Source: an uncultured Coriobacteriaceae bacterium
GTDB lineage: Bacteria > Actinomycetota > Coriobacteriia > Anaerosomatales > CAZWGV01
Direction: 5' to 3'
DNA length: 64,000 nt
Assembly: GCA_964633595.1 (NCBI GenBank)
Contig: CAZWGV010000002.1
Location: forward strand, 211-64,210
Part shown: positions 8,921 through 17,576 of the stretch, one piece after another
Numbering within the stretch: position 1 is the first letter of the stretch
Layout of the letters: every line of letters starts with the position of its first letter
Position numbers and translations under genes: made by a program
The notes under the pieces: model-generated
What the model saw: only the letters and a program-made list of their open reading frames with translations
The model's database searches: none
What the model was told of the DNA's origin: nothing

Positions 8921-10852
8921 GTGCGGTCGCGTGCGCTGCTGGCGGGTCTGCTGACGCTATCGCTGCTCATTCCCGCCGGGATCACGGTGCAGGCGGCGGA
9001 TGGAGGAGGACTGACAGCTGTCGTCCAGGGCCTGGACACCTCGGCCTACCCGAAGGTCGTGCTGACAGTCATTCTCCCCGCAGAGCTCGTGCAGGGCGGA
9101 GCGAAGGTCGAGAAGGTCGAGGTCCGCGAAAACGGTTCGACGCTCTCGGATGTGGCATTTGACGCCGAGGTGAGCCGGACCGAGGCCGTCGACGTGATCC
9201 TGGTGATGGACACAAGCGGCAGTATGAAGGGCGCGCCACTGGACAACGCCAAGAAGGCCGCCAGGGCGTTCGTCGGCAAGCTGCGCGGAGATAGCCGCGT
9301 CGCCATTGTGGGCTTCAGCTCGCGTCCCCGACTGGCTGTCGGATACACAGAGGACAGATCACGGCTTCTCAGCGTTGTGGACGGCCTCGAGGCGGGTGGC
9401 GAGACCGCGCTCAACGATGCCGTTGTGACCGCGCTTGGACTGGTGCAGAGAAGCCAGCAGGGTCGGGCGAACATCGTTCTCCTATCGGACGGCGGAGACA
9501 CAACGAGCATCAACTCGCTCGACAACGTAGCCAAGCGCCTTAAGGAGGCGCGCACGCCCATCTATGCGATCGCGCTCGAGAGCGACGAAGCCAACGTGCA
9601 AGCGCTTCGAGTGCTCGCCGGGCAGTCGGGTGGCAGACTGCTCGCCGTGAAGGACGCGTCCACACTCGCGGGTCTTTACGAGGGCATAGCCAATGAGCTT
9701 CAGAGCCGATACTCGGTGACGTTCACTGGACGAGAGCCGAACACCAAGGATCTGGACTTCGACGTGGTTGTTGTGGCCGGGGGTCGCGAGGCCAGGGGGA
9801 GCACTGTCGCTGAGAACCCGCAGTTCGCGGATGTTGAGCTGCTGGCCGGCACGGGCCTCTCCGAGGTGCGCCCAGCCAATCCACTCTATCTGTTCTGGGC
9901 TGTCGCGCTAGCCTTCGGCGCTGTCGTCTTGCTGGTTGTGGGGGGCGTGCTGCTCATTGTGAGGCCCGGCACCGCGTTGGAGCATCTGGCGTACTACGAG
10001 CAGCTTAGAAGGAGAGCCGATGCGCTCCCTACCGGCGAGGATGCAGATGACACATCGGTGAAGGCCCGAATGGTCGGGGCGGTGGAGTACCTGGCCGGGA
10101 AGCGGGGCATAACCCCATATGTCGCACGCAGACTGATCCAGGCGGACCTGCCTCTCAGGCCAGCTGAGTACATAGCCGCACATCTGCTTCTCGTAGTCGG
10201 TGTCGGCACACTCCTGCAGCTTGTGTCGGGCTCGGTGATACTGAGTCTCGGGTCGGTTCTACTGGCTACCATCTTGCCGATGATGTGGGTTCAGTTCCGA
10301 GTAGACAGGCGCCGAGCCCGGTTCGAGGAGCAGCTTCCCGAGCTGCTGTCGCTAGTAGCCGGATCGCTCAGGGCGGGCTGGGGGATGCAGCAGGCGATCG
10401 ACCTGGTGGTAGAGGAGATGCCCCCGCCGGTCTCGACGGAGTTCAAGCGGGTCCAGGTGGAGACACGACTCGGCTTGGATCTTGAGGAGTCTCTGAGAGC
10501 GCTTGCGGAGCGGATCGAGAGCGATGACTTCCGCTCGGTGGTAACGGCCGTCGCCATACAGCGCGAGGTCGGCGGCAACCTGGCAGAGGTGCTCGATATC
10601 GTGGCGAACACGATCAGAGAGCGCGAGTCGCTTAGGCGGCATGTACGCGGTCTCACCGCCGAGGGTAGGATGTCAGCCGTGGTGCTCGTCATCTTGCCCT
10701 TCGCCCTATTCCTCATGATTACTCTGGTTAACCCAAACTACATGGGGCAGCTCGTGGCGCACTGGTTCGGCTTCGCGCTGGTCGTCTTCGGCCTTGTGCT
10801 GCTCGCCATGGGGGTCTGGTGGCTCCTTCGAGTCTCAAGGATCGAGGCCTGA
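8921..10852 (+). CDS. tadB: fusion protein: signal peptide + von Willebrand A domain + TM + TadB (T2SS-F platform) domain
   Basis: GTG 8921 lies 5 nt after the tadA stop. N-terminus VRSRALLAGLLTLSLLIPAGITVQAADG; vWA MIDAS VMDTSGSM (nt 9209-9223); TM segment LYLFWAVALAFGAVVLLVVGGVLLIV. The T2SS-F domain follows: FEEQLPELLSLVAGSLRAGWGMQQAI ... AIQREVGGNLAEVL. Confidence 0.8.
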   Translation: MRSRALLAGLLTLSLLIPAGITVQAADGGGLTAVVQGLDTSAYPKVVLTVILPAELVQGGAKVEKVEVRENGSTLSDVAFDAEVSRTEAVDVILVMDTSGSMKGAPLDNAKKAARAFVGKLRGDSRVAIVGFSSRPRLAVGYTEDRSRLLSVVDGLEAGGETALNDAVVTALGLVQRSQQGRANIVLLSDGGDTTSINSLDNVAKRLKEARTPIYAIALESDEANVQALRVLAGQSGGRLLAVKDASTLAGLYEGIANELQSRYSVTFTGREPNTKDLDFDVVVVAGGREARGSTVAENPQFADVELLAGTGLSEVRPANPLYLFWAVALAFGAVVLLVVGGVLLIVRPGTALEHLAYYEQLRRRADALPTGEDADDTSVKARMVGAVEYLAGKRGITPYVARRLIQADLPLRPAEYIAAHLLLVVGVGTLLQLVSGSVILSLGSVLLATILPMMWVQFRVDRRRARFEEQLPELLSLVAGSLRAGWGMQQAIDLVVEEMPPPVSTEFKRVQVETRLGLDLEESLRALAERIESDDFRSVVTAVAIQREVGGNLAEVLDIVANTIRERESLRRHVRGLTAEGRMSAVVLVILPFALFLMITLVNPNYMGQLVAHWFGFALVVFGLVLLAMGVWWLLRVSRIEA

Positions 10853-10853
10853 C

Positions 10854-11789
10854 ATGGCGACTCTTGCACTCGCCGCGTCCTTGGCAGGCGTAGCAGGCGG
10901 ACTCGCTGTCTACGCGTTGCTCGGTATCGTCTTCTCGGAGCAATCGCAGGTCCAGCGCCGATTGCGCGGGATGTCCGCCTACGAGACCACGCAGGCGCTA
11001 GAAGCGCAGCCACTTCTGCAGCCATTTGGCGAGCGGATCGTGAGGCCTCTGGCGCGGCGGCTGAGTGAGACCGTCCAGAGCCTGGGGCCGAGCGACTACA
11101 AGGAGCGGCTGCGCGAGCGTGTCATGCTCGCAGGCGATCCCGGAGGTATGGATGTCGGCAGGTTCATGTCCGCCAAGATTCTGCTGGGCTTTGGGTCACT
11201 CGTGCTCTTCGTCGTTGTCGCGTTCATCATGTCGCTAGCACCGCTTTCGTGGCTGCTGTTCGGGATTCCCCTTGTCGCCCTTGGGTTCTTCGCTCCCGAC
11301 CTGTGGCTGCGTTCCAGGATCGAGGAGCGCCAGAAGGCCATTCGCAGGGCGCTGCCCGACATGCTCGACATGCTGAACATTAGCGTGGAGGCAGGCCTTG
11401 GCTTCGATGCCGCCTTGGCCAAGATCGTCAAGGCGAGCGCCGGACCACTGTCGCAGGAGTTCGCTCGCACCCTGAAGGAGATCCAGTCGGGTCTGTCGAG
11501 GGGTGATGCGCTCCGCAGTCTCGCACGACGCACCCAAGTCCCCGAGCTTAGCTCGTTCATCATGGCCATAGTTCAGGCCGAGCAGTTTGGTATTTCGGTG
11601 AGCACAGTGCTGCGCACCCAGGCGAAGGAAATGCGGCTCAAGAGGCGCCAGCTCGCCGAAGAGCAGGCGCAGAAGCTACCGGTCAAGATAGTGTTCCCGC
11701 TGGTGCTGTGCATTCTGCCCGCGACGATGATCGTCATCTTGGGCCCTGCAGTGGTGTCGATCGGTGGGGCGATGGGCTTCATCAACTGA
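10854..11789 (+). CDS. tadC: TadC platform protein (T2SS-F family)
   Basis: ATG 10854 lies 1 nt after the tadB stop. T2SS-F domain motifs ALPDMLDMLNISVEAGLGFDAAL and IVQAEQFGISV, flanked by TM segments. Confidence 0.88.
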   Translation: MATLALAASLAGVAGGLAVYALLGIVFSEQSQVQRRLRGMSAYETTQALEAQPLLQPFGERIVRPLARRLSETVQSLGPSDYKERLRERVMLAGDPGGMDVGRFMSAKILLGFGSLVLFVVVAFIMSLAPLSWLLFGIPLVALGFFAPDLWLRSRIEERQKAIRRALPDMLDMLNISVEAGLGFDAALAKIVKASAGPLSQEFARTLKEIQSGLSRGDALRSLARRTQVPELSSFIMAIVQAEQFGISVSTVLRTQAKEMRLKRRQLAEEQAQKLPVKIVFPLVLCILPATMIVILGPAVVSIGGAMGFIN

Positions 11790-11872
11790 GACGGAGGCGT
11801 ACCGACTATCGGTTCTGCAGCCCGTGGTCTGCGGGACCACGCGGGGCATGTGGAGATCACGGGGAGGAACAC

Positions 11873-14800
11873 ATGTACGGATCAAAGGGACTTGTTGCGG
11901 TGCTGGCCCGCTCATCTCTGGCCTGCGCGCTGGTCTTGTCCGTTTGGGCAGCTGCTGCGCCTGGACTTACCGCAGCCCCCGGCGTCGAGCAGTATCGGTA
12001 CTCGGCTCGATGGCCGCGACCTACGTGGCACTTGAGCAAGCCTGCTGGTGTGGCGATGAGTACCTCCGGGATCGTGTACGTGGCAGATCGGGACAATAAC
12101 CGTATCGAGGTTTATGCGCGCTCAGGCGAGCGTCTGGGCCGGTGGGGTGAGTCCGGCACATCGATTGGCCGCTTTCGTGCGCCGACGGGCGTCACAGTCG
12201 ATCCATCGGGCTCTGTGTATGTAACCGACCGGGACAACCATAGGGTGCAGAAGTTCACGGCCGCAGGCGTGCCGGTGCTGCAGTGGGGCGGGTCGGGCAC
12301 GGCGGTGGGCCAGCTCAGCATGCCAACTGGCATCGCGGTCGACACAGTCGGCAACGTATACGTAGCCGACACCGGCAACAACCGCATCCAGAAGTTCGAC
12401 GCGAACGGAAACCACCTGGCGTCTTGGGGGACCCCGGGGTCGGGTGCCGGGCAGTTTCTCTCCCCGAAGGGTGTGGCGGTGGACTCGCTTGGGAACGTCT
12501 ATGTCGCCGACACCAACAACCAGCGGATACAGAAACTGAACTCGAGCGGAGTCTTCCAATCCGCGTGGGGCATCCGTGGCACGCTGAACGGTCAGTTCAA
12601 AGACCCCGAGGGCGTGAGCGTGGATTCGGCGGCGAACGTCTATGTCGCTGACACGAACAACCACCGTGTGCAGAAGTTCTCGTACAACCCGGGCAGCGGC
12701 GCCCACATCTACGAGACGCAGTGGGGCAGCAAGTACAACACCTCGAGTTCGGAGGATTGGGAGTTTGACGATCCGAGCGGCATTGCGGCGGTGAGCACCC
12801 CGGATGGGATCCACGTCTATGTGGCTGACACCGACAACGATCGCATCCAGGTGTTCTCGACCGCCGGTGCCGGGTTGATGATAGGCGGGAGCTGGGGCAA
12901 GAGCGATGCGCGGTTCAAGTACGCGGCTGACGTGGCGGCCGGTTCGGGTGGCGTCTATGTCGTCGACCGCGACAACAGCCGAGTCCAGCGCTTCACGAAT
13001 GAGGGCCTGTTCGTTGGCAAGTGGGGCACCTATGGCACCACTCAGAACAACCAGTTCAACAAGGCGCTCGGAGTAGCGTGCGACTCGGCCGGCAACGTCT
13101 ACGTTGCGGACACCGGCAACCACAGGGTTCAGAAGTTCGCGGCCAACGGGTTCTTCTGGACTAAATGGGGGAGCAGTGGAAGCCAGAACGGGTGGTTCTC
13201 AAGCCCCAAGGCTATCGCGTGCGCCGGGGCCGACTACGTCTACGTGGCTGACAGCGGCAACAACCGCATTCAGCGCTTCTCGGCTCTAGGTGAGTACCAG
13301 ACCAAGTGGGGCACGCTCGGCTCGGGAGAGGGCGGCTTCAGCAACCCGTCGGGTGTGGCGGTGGATCCGTCCGGCAACGTATACGTGGCCGATACGGGCA
13401 ACCACAGGATTCAGAAGTTCACCAGGGATGGCGGATTCCTGTTGGCGTGGGGAGCTCTCGGGACTGGGACAGGCCAGTTCTCCTCGCCCAACGACGTCGC
13501 ATGTGACGCCGACGGCAACGTATTCGTGGCCGACACGGGCAACCACAGGGTTCAGAAGTTCGGGCCGTCCGGTACGCCACTCGCGTCCTGGGGAATCCAG
13601 GGCTCCGAGGAGGGCGAGTTCTGGTCGCCGACGGGCATCGCGGTCGACAGTGCCGGCTATGTGTACGTGGCCGACCGCGACAACCACCGTGTCCAGCGGT
13701 TCGTCCCACCCATGAGCGTCGCGATCAGCGGGGTGGAGGAAGGTCGGGCGTATCGGACCTCGGTCACATGGGGCGTCAGCTTCGTCGGGACGGGCATCAC
13801 GGCCAGGACGATCACCTTCAACGGCATCCCTGTGCCTTGGGAGCCGCCGGAGACACGTAGGACTGTCAGTGTCGACGGAGCCTATTCGCTGAGCGCTGTG
13901 GCCAGGGATGCTGGCGGTGAGGCTTCGCGTACCGTGCGCTTCACCATAGATCGCACGCCTCCCAAGACCGTAGCGAGTGCCGCCGCCACCTACGATGACG
14001 TGGCGAAGGTCCACCTTGGCGCCACCGACGCGCTTTCAGGAGTGGACCGTACATACTACCGGTTGGGCGACGGCCCACTGACAGAGGGAGCCATCGCCAC
14101 AGTTACGAGAGCGAGCGGATCGCACAGGCTGGAGTTCTGGTCTGTTGACAAGGCTGGCAATGAGGAGTCGCGGACTGCGATCACCTTCGCGGTGAGGGAT
14201 ACTCTGCCGCCCGTTACCACGAGCGACGCGAAATCGTCGTATGAGAGTACTGCGACAGTCCGGCTCTCGGCGACCGATGCGGGCTCGGACGTGGCTGCCA
14301 CGTACTACACGCTGAACGGAGGCGCGATCACCACCGGGACCGTCATCAGCGCAGGCGACCCGGGATCTCACGAGGTCAAGTTCTGGTCGGTGGACTCGCT
14401 GGGTCATATCGAAGAGACAAGAACGGCCGCATTCCACGTCACAGTTGGCAGTCGCATCGCGCTAAGCGCTAGCCCGGTCCGGCTGACGTACGGAGGAAGC
14501 CTGAGGCTAGTGGCGACGCTGACCCGCCAGAATGATGGGCGTGCACTTCCGGAGCAGCGGGTGATATTCGAGCACTGGCATCGCGGGCGCTGGACGCATC
14601 TCGGATCCACTGACTCGGCCACGGGGGTCCATGTGGCGTACACGAAGCCGTGGGCGAACAACATATACAGGGCACGCTTTGGGGGATCCGATGACGTGCT
14701 TCCATCTGCCAGCTCGGTCCAACGCGTTCAGGTTCGTGCCAAGCTGACAGCCCCGTATGCACCCAGCGTGGCCTATCGCAACCGTGCGTTCACCACCTAC

Positions 14801-15040
14801 GGTTGGATGACGCCCAGACACTGGAGTGGCCGCATTCTCATCCGCTGCGAGCGCTACGAGAACGGCCGGTATGTCTTGCGTCGGACGTATTGGGCACCTC
14901 TCTATCGCGTCTACAGCTACAACCGCTACGTGGGCAGTGTGTCTCTTCCCTACGCTGGCCAGTGGCGCCTGAGGGCGTACCACGCAGACGCGACTCACAT
15001 CGCCAGCTACAGCCCACCGAGGTACCTCACCGTGAGGTAG
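11873..15040 (+). CDS. secreted 12x NHL-repeat protein (two six-bladed propellers) with C-terminal Ig-like repeats
   Basis: ATG 11873 follows the RBS GGGGAGGA. Signal peptide MYGSKGLVAVLARSSLACALVLSVWAAAAPGLTA. There are twelve copies of VYVAD-x2-N-x-R(I/V)QKF. Two ~75-aa repeats follow (TYYRLGDG...LEFWSVDKAGNEE and TYYTLNGG...VKFWSVDSLGHIEE). Confidence 0.87.
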   Translation: MYGSKGLVAVLARSSLACALVLSVWAAAAPGLTAAPGVEQYRYSARWPRPTWHLSKPAGVAMSTSGIVYVADRDNNRIEVYARSGERLGRWGESGTSIGRFRAPTGVTVDPSGSVYVTDRDNHRVQKFTAAGVPVLQWGGSGTAVGQLSMPTGIAVDTVGNVYVADTGNNRIQKFDANGNHLASWGTPGSGAGQFLSPKGVAVDSLGNVYVADTNNQRIQKLNSSGVFQSAWGIRGTLNGQFKDPEGVSVDSAANVYVADTNNHRVQKFSYNPGSGAHIYETQWGSKYNTSSSEDWEFDDPSGIAAVSTPDGIHVYVADTDNDRIQVFSTAGAGLMIGGSWGKSDARFKYAADVAAGSGGVYVVDRDNSRVQRFTNEGLFVGKWGTYGTTQNNQFNKALGVACDSAGNVYVADTGNHRVQKFAANGFFWTKWGSSGSQNGWFSSPKAIACAGADYVYVADSGNNRIQRFSALGEYQTKWGTLGSGEGGFSNPSGVAVDPSGNVYVADTGNHRIQKFTRDGGFLLAWGALGTGTGQFSSPNDVACDADGNVFVADTGNHRVQKFGPSGTPLASWGIQGSEEGEFWSPTGIAVDSAGYVYVADRDNHRVQRFVPPMSVAISGVEEGRAYRTSVTWGVSFVGTGITARTITFNGIPVPWEPPETRRTVSVDGAYSLSAVARDAGGEASRTVRFTIDRTPPKTVASAAATYDDVAKVHLGATDALSGVDRTYYRLGDGPLTEGAIATVTRASGSHRLEFWSVDKAGNEESRTAITFAVRDTLPPVTTSDAKSSYESTATVRLSATDAGSDVAATYYTLNGGAITTGTVISAGDPGSHEVKFWSVDSLGHIEETRTAAFHVTVGSRIALSASPVRLTYGGSLRLVATLTRQNDGRALPEQRVIFEHWHRGRWTHLGSTDSATGVHVAYTKPWANNIYRARFGGSDDVLPSASSVQRVQVRAKLTAPYAPSVAYRNRAFTTYGWMTPRHWSGRILIRCERYENGRYVLRRTYWAPLYRVYSYNRYVGSVSLPYAGQWRLRAYHADATHIASYSPPRYLTVR
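12035..13710 (+). repeat. intragenic ~47-codon NHL repeat array (12 units)
   Basis: Twelve NHL units were counted in the translation. The DNA repeats motifs such as GTCTATGTCGCCGACACC...CGCATCCAGAAGTTC. Confidence 0.8.
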
Positions 15041-15213
15041 AGTTCCTTGCCGGTCGCCGGGGGTGCGGGGAGAAGGGCGGCGAGCCGCTCCTCGTGCCCT
15101 CGTCGCTCTCTTGGGAGGCGCATTCGGTGTTGCCGTGCGGTCTTTCCAGGTACCATCGTGCGCGCACATGCTAGTGCCGTCGACAAGGTGTGGTGCGAAG
15201 GAGGCTGACGGGC

Positions 15214-15777
15214 GTGGATCGCGACAAGATAGCTGCGGGAGTTCGTGCGATCCTCGAGGGCATCGGAGAGGACCTCTCGCGTGAGGGGCTGATCGGCACA
15301 CCGGAGCGCGTGGCGGCTATGTACGCGGACATCTTCTCGGGCACGGGGGCTGACCCGGCGGAGCACTTCGAGGTGACGTTCAGCGAGGATCACCGAGAGA
15401 TGATCCTCGTTCGAGATATCCCGCTCTACTCCGTTTGCGAGCATCATCTGATGCCGTTCCTGGGTAAGGCGCACGTTGCGTACGTGCCCGGCAAGGACGG
15501 GCGCATCTGCGGGTTGTCCAAGCTTGCCAGGGTGGTGGAGGTCTACGCCCGCAGGCTTCAGGTCCAGGAGCGTATGACCGGTCAGATCGCGGACACGATA
15601 GTCGGACATCTCAGCCCCGCCGGGGTGATGGTGGTTGTAGAGGCTGAGCATCTCTGCATGTCGATGCGCGGCGTGCGCAAGCCGGGCCACATCACTGTGA
15701 CGTCGGCCGTCCGCGGCATCTTCCAGAGCAACCCGGCCACTAGATCGGAGGCCATGTCTCTGATCAGCGGCCGCTGA
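15214..15777 (+). CDS. folE: GTP cyclohydrolase I
   Basis: Motifs [16 protein letters not shown] and [23 protein letters not shown] 15214 is preceded by GAAGGAGG; the alternative start is GTG 15190. Confidence 0.93.
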   Translation: MDRDKIAAGVRAILEGIGEDLSREGLIGTPERVAAMYADIFSGTGADPAEHFEVTFSEDHREMILVRDIPLYSVCEHHLMPFLGKAHVAYVPGKDGRICGLSKLARVVEVYARRLQVQERMTGQIADTIVGHLSPAGVMVVVEAEHLCMSMRGVRKPGHITVTSAVRGIFQSNPATRSEAMSLISGR

Positions 15778-15778
15778 C

Positions 15779-16615
15779 ATGCTCTGGCGCTGCGGCCGGC
15801 ACACGCTCGCTCTTGCGCGCCCGATCGTGATGGGTGTCCTGAACGTCACGCCCGACTCGTTCTCGGACGGGGGCGACTTCGCGGACCCGCTGGCGGCGGT
15901 CGCCCATGGGCGCAAGCTCGCGGAGATGGGTGCGGCGATCGTGGATGTGGGCGGAGAGTCGACGCGGCCGGGAGCGGAGCCGGTCGCCCCGGCCGAGGAG
16001 CTAGCGCGCGTCCGTCCGGTAGTCGCCTCATTCGCCGAGGACGGAGCGGTGCCGGTGTCCATCGATACGCGACATGCCGTTGTCGCTCGGGGCTGCGTGT
16101 ACGCGGGCGCCTCGATCATCAACGACGTCTCCGGTTTCAGAGACCCGGAGATGATGGATGTGGCCACAGGCTGTGACGCGGGTCTGATCGTCATGCACAT
16201 GCTCGGCGACCCGCAGCTCATGCAGCACGACCCGCGATATGAAGACGTGGTAGCTGAGGTTGTCGACTTCCTCGCCGAGCGAGTGGCGCTCCTCACTGGG
16301 GCAGGTGTGGCACCGGATCGCATCGCCATCGACCCCGGCATCGGATTCGGCAAGACGCTGGAGCACAACCTCGCGCTGCTCAGGGGAGTGCCGGAGCTTG
16401 CGGCTCTGGGCAGGCCGATCGTGGTGGGCGCGTCACGCAAGCGCTTCATCGGCGAGATCACCGGAGAGACGGAGCCGCGCGAGCGACTGGGAGGCAGCAT
16501 CGCGGCCGCGCTCTTCGCGGTCGAGCGCGGGGCGAGCGTGCTGCGCGTCCACGACGTGCGCGAGACCGTGCAGGCGCTAGCGGTGGCGAGTTCGCTGGGG
16601 ACTAGCTCCGAGTGA
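15779..16615 (+). CDS. folP: dihydropteroate synthase
   Basis: Motifs VMGVLNVTPDSFSDGG, IVDVGGESTRPGA and DPGIGFGKT. It starts 1 nt after the folE stop. Confidence 0.95.
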   Translation: MLWRCGRHTLALARPIVMGVLNVTPDSFSDGGDFADPLAAVAHGRKLAEMGAAIVDVGGESTRPGAEPVAPAEELARVRPVVASFAEDGAVPVSIDTRHAVVARGCVYAGASIINDVSGFRDPEMMDVATGCDAGLIVMHMLGDPQLMQHDPRYEDVVAEVVDFLAERVALLTGAGVAPDRIAIDPGIGFGKTLEHNLALLRGVPELAALGRPIVVGASRKRFIGEITGETEPRERLGGSIAAALFAVERGASVLRVHDVRETVQALAVASSLGTSSE

Positions 16616-16645
16616 GCCCCAGGGCATCTGGCGTACACTAGCCCC

Positions 16646-17500
16646 ATGACCGACGCCTACATCGGCCTGGGTTCCAACGTCGGCGACCGGCTCCAGAGCC
16701 TCTCTCGCGCTTGCGTGGCGATGAGCGTGCTCCCTGGGACCACGCTCGTCACGGTTTCCCACGCCTACGACTCCGAGCCGTGGGGCGTCACCGACCAGCC
16801 GTCCTACGCCAATGCGGTGGCTCGGTTGCACACGACACTCCGCGCCGACCAGCTGCTTGGGTATCTGAAGGACATCGAGCGGTCACTGGGGCGCACAGAT
16901 GACGAGGAGCGCTTCGGGCCTCGGGCGATCGACCTCGACATCCTTCTCTTCGGCGACGAGGAGTGGGCCACCGATAACCTCTGCATCCCGCACCCACGCA
17001 TGGCCGAGCGCGAGTTCGTACTGGTCCCGCTGAAGGACGTCTGGCCCGACGCGCGGTGGCCCGACGGCCGGCCGATCGCCGACAAGGGGTGGGTGGGTCG
17101 GATACTCGGCGATCTTGGCCCCATCCCGGAGGCAGCGGAGTTCACGGTGGGTCCGTCGGGCGAGGGAGAGCGCGCGGGCGCGAGCGGCGCTCCCACTGAT
17201 GCGGCGGACGAGGCCAGCGCGCCCATGCCGCCCGGGGAAGTCGAGTGGGTCCCCGTCGAGACCATCAGCAGCTTCGGCCGAATAGACGCCGCACCCGACA
17301 TCTCGATGGGCTTCCTGGCCATGGTGCTGGAGCAGGAGAAGATCCCGTTCCTTTGGGATCCTCACCCGCCCGACGTGAACTACAACCCCTGGGGACTCAC
17401 GACCACTATCCGGCTGATGGTCCCATCGCCCTACGCCGAGCGGGCGCAGCGCGTCTTGCGAGAGGCTGCGGCGGCCCCGCCCGAGGAGCCGGACGCCTGA
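16646..17500 (+). CDS. folK: 6-hydroxymethyl-dihydropterin pyrophosphokinase (HPPK) fused to a C-terminal DUF2007-like domain
   Basis: HPPK motifs AYIGLGSNVGDR, GPRAIDLDILLFGD and IPHPRMAEREFVLVPL lie in the first ~160 aa. The last ~90 aa (VEWVPVETI...EQEKIPFLWDP...LMVPSPYAERAQRVLREA) resemble DUF2007. Confidence 0.88.
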   Translation: MTDAYIGLGSNVGDRLQSLSRACVAMSVLPGTTLVTVSHAYDSEPWGVTDQPSYANAVARLHTTLRADQLLGYLKDIERSLGRTDDEERFGPRAIDLDILLFGDEEWATDNLCIPHPRMAEREFVLVPLKDVWPDARWPDGRPIADKGWVGRILGDLGPIPEAAEFTVGPSGEGERAGASGAPTDAADEASAPMPPGEVEWVPVETISSFGRIDAAPDISMGFLAMVLEQEKIPFLWDPHPPDVNYNPWGLTTTIRLMVPSPYAERAQRVLREAAAAPPEEPDA

Positions 17501-17539
17501 GGGGGAGAGCCCCCGCCCGAGGAGCCGGACGTATGAGGG
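17475..17539 (+). repeat. 36-bp tandem duplication spanning the folK stop codon
   Basis: CCCCGCCCGAGGAGCCGGACGCCTGAGGG (17475-17503) recurs as CCCCGCCCGAGGAGCCGGACGTATGAGGG (17511-17539). Both copies end in an in-frame TGA. Confidence 0.85.
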
Positions 17540-17576
17540 AACCGGCCCCGCCAAACCCATTACGCCGCAGGTAGCG

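Noticed and set aside
15041-15213. The region upstream of folE as a THF riboswitch.
   Set aside because: I found no resemblance to the THF-I consensus that I could recognise. The region is short and can be explained as a plain promoter/RBS region.
15007-16647. A 546-aa - strand ORF.
   Set aside because: It is antisense to folE and folP, which carry clear signatures. The translation is low-complexity, Ser/Arg/Ala/Pro-rich.
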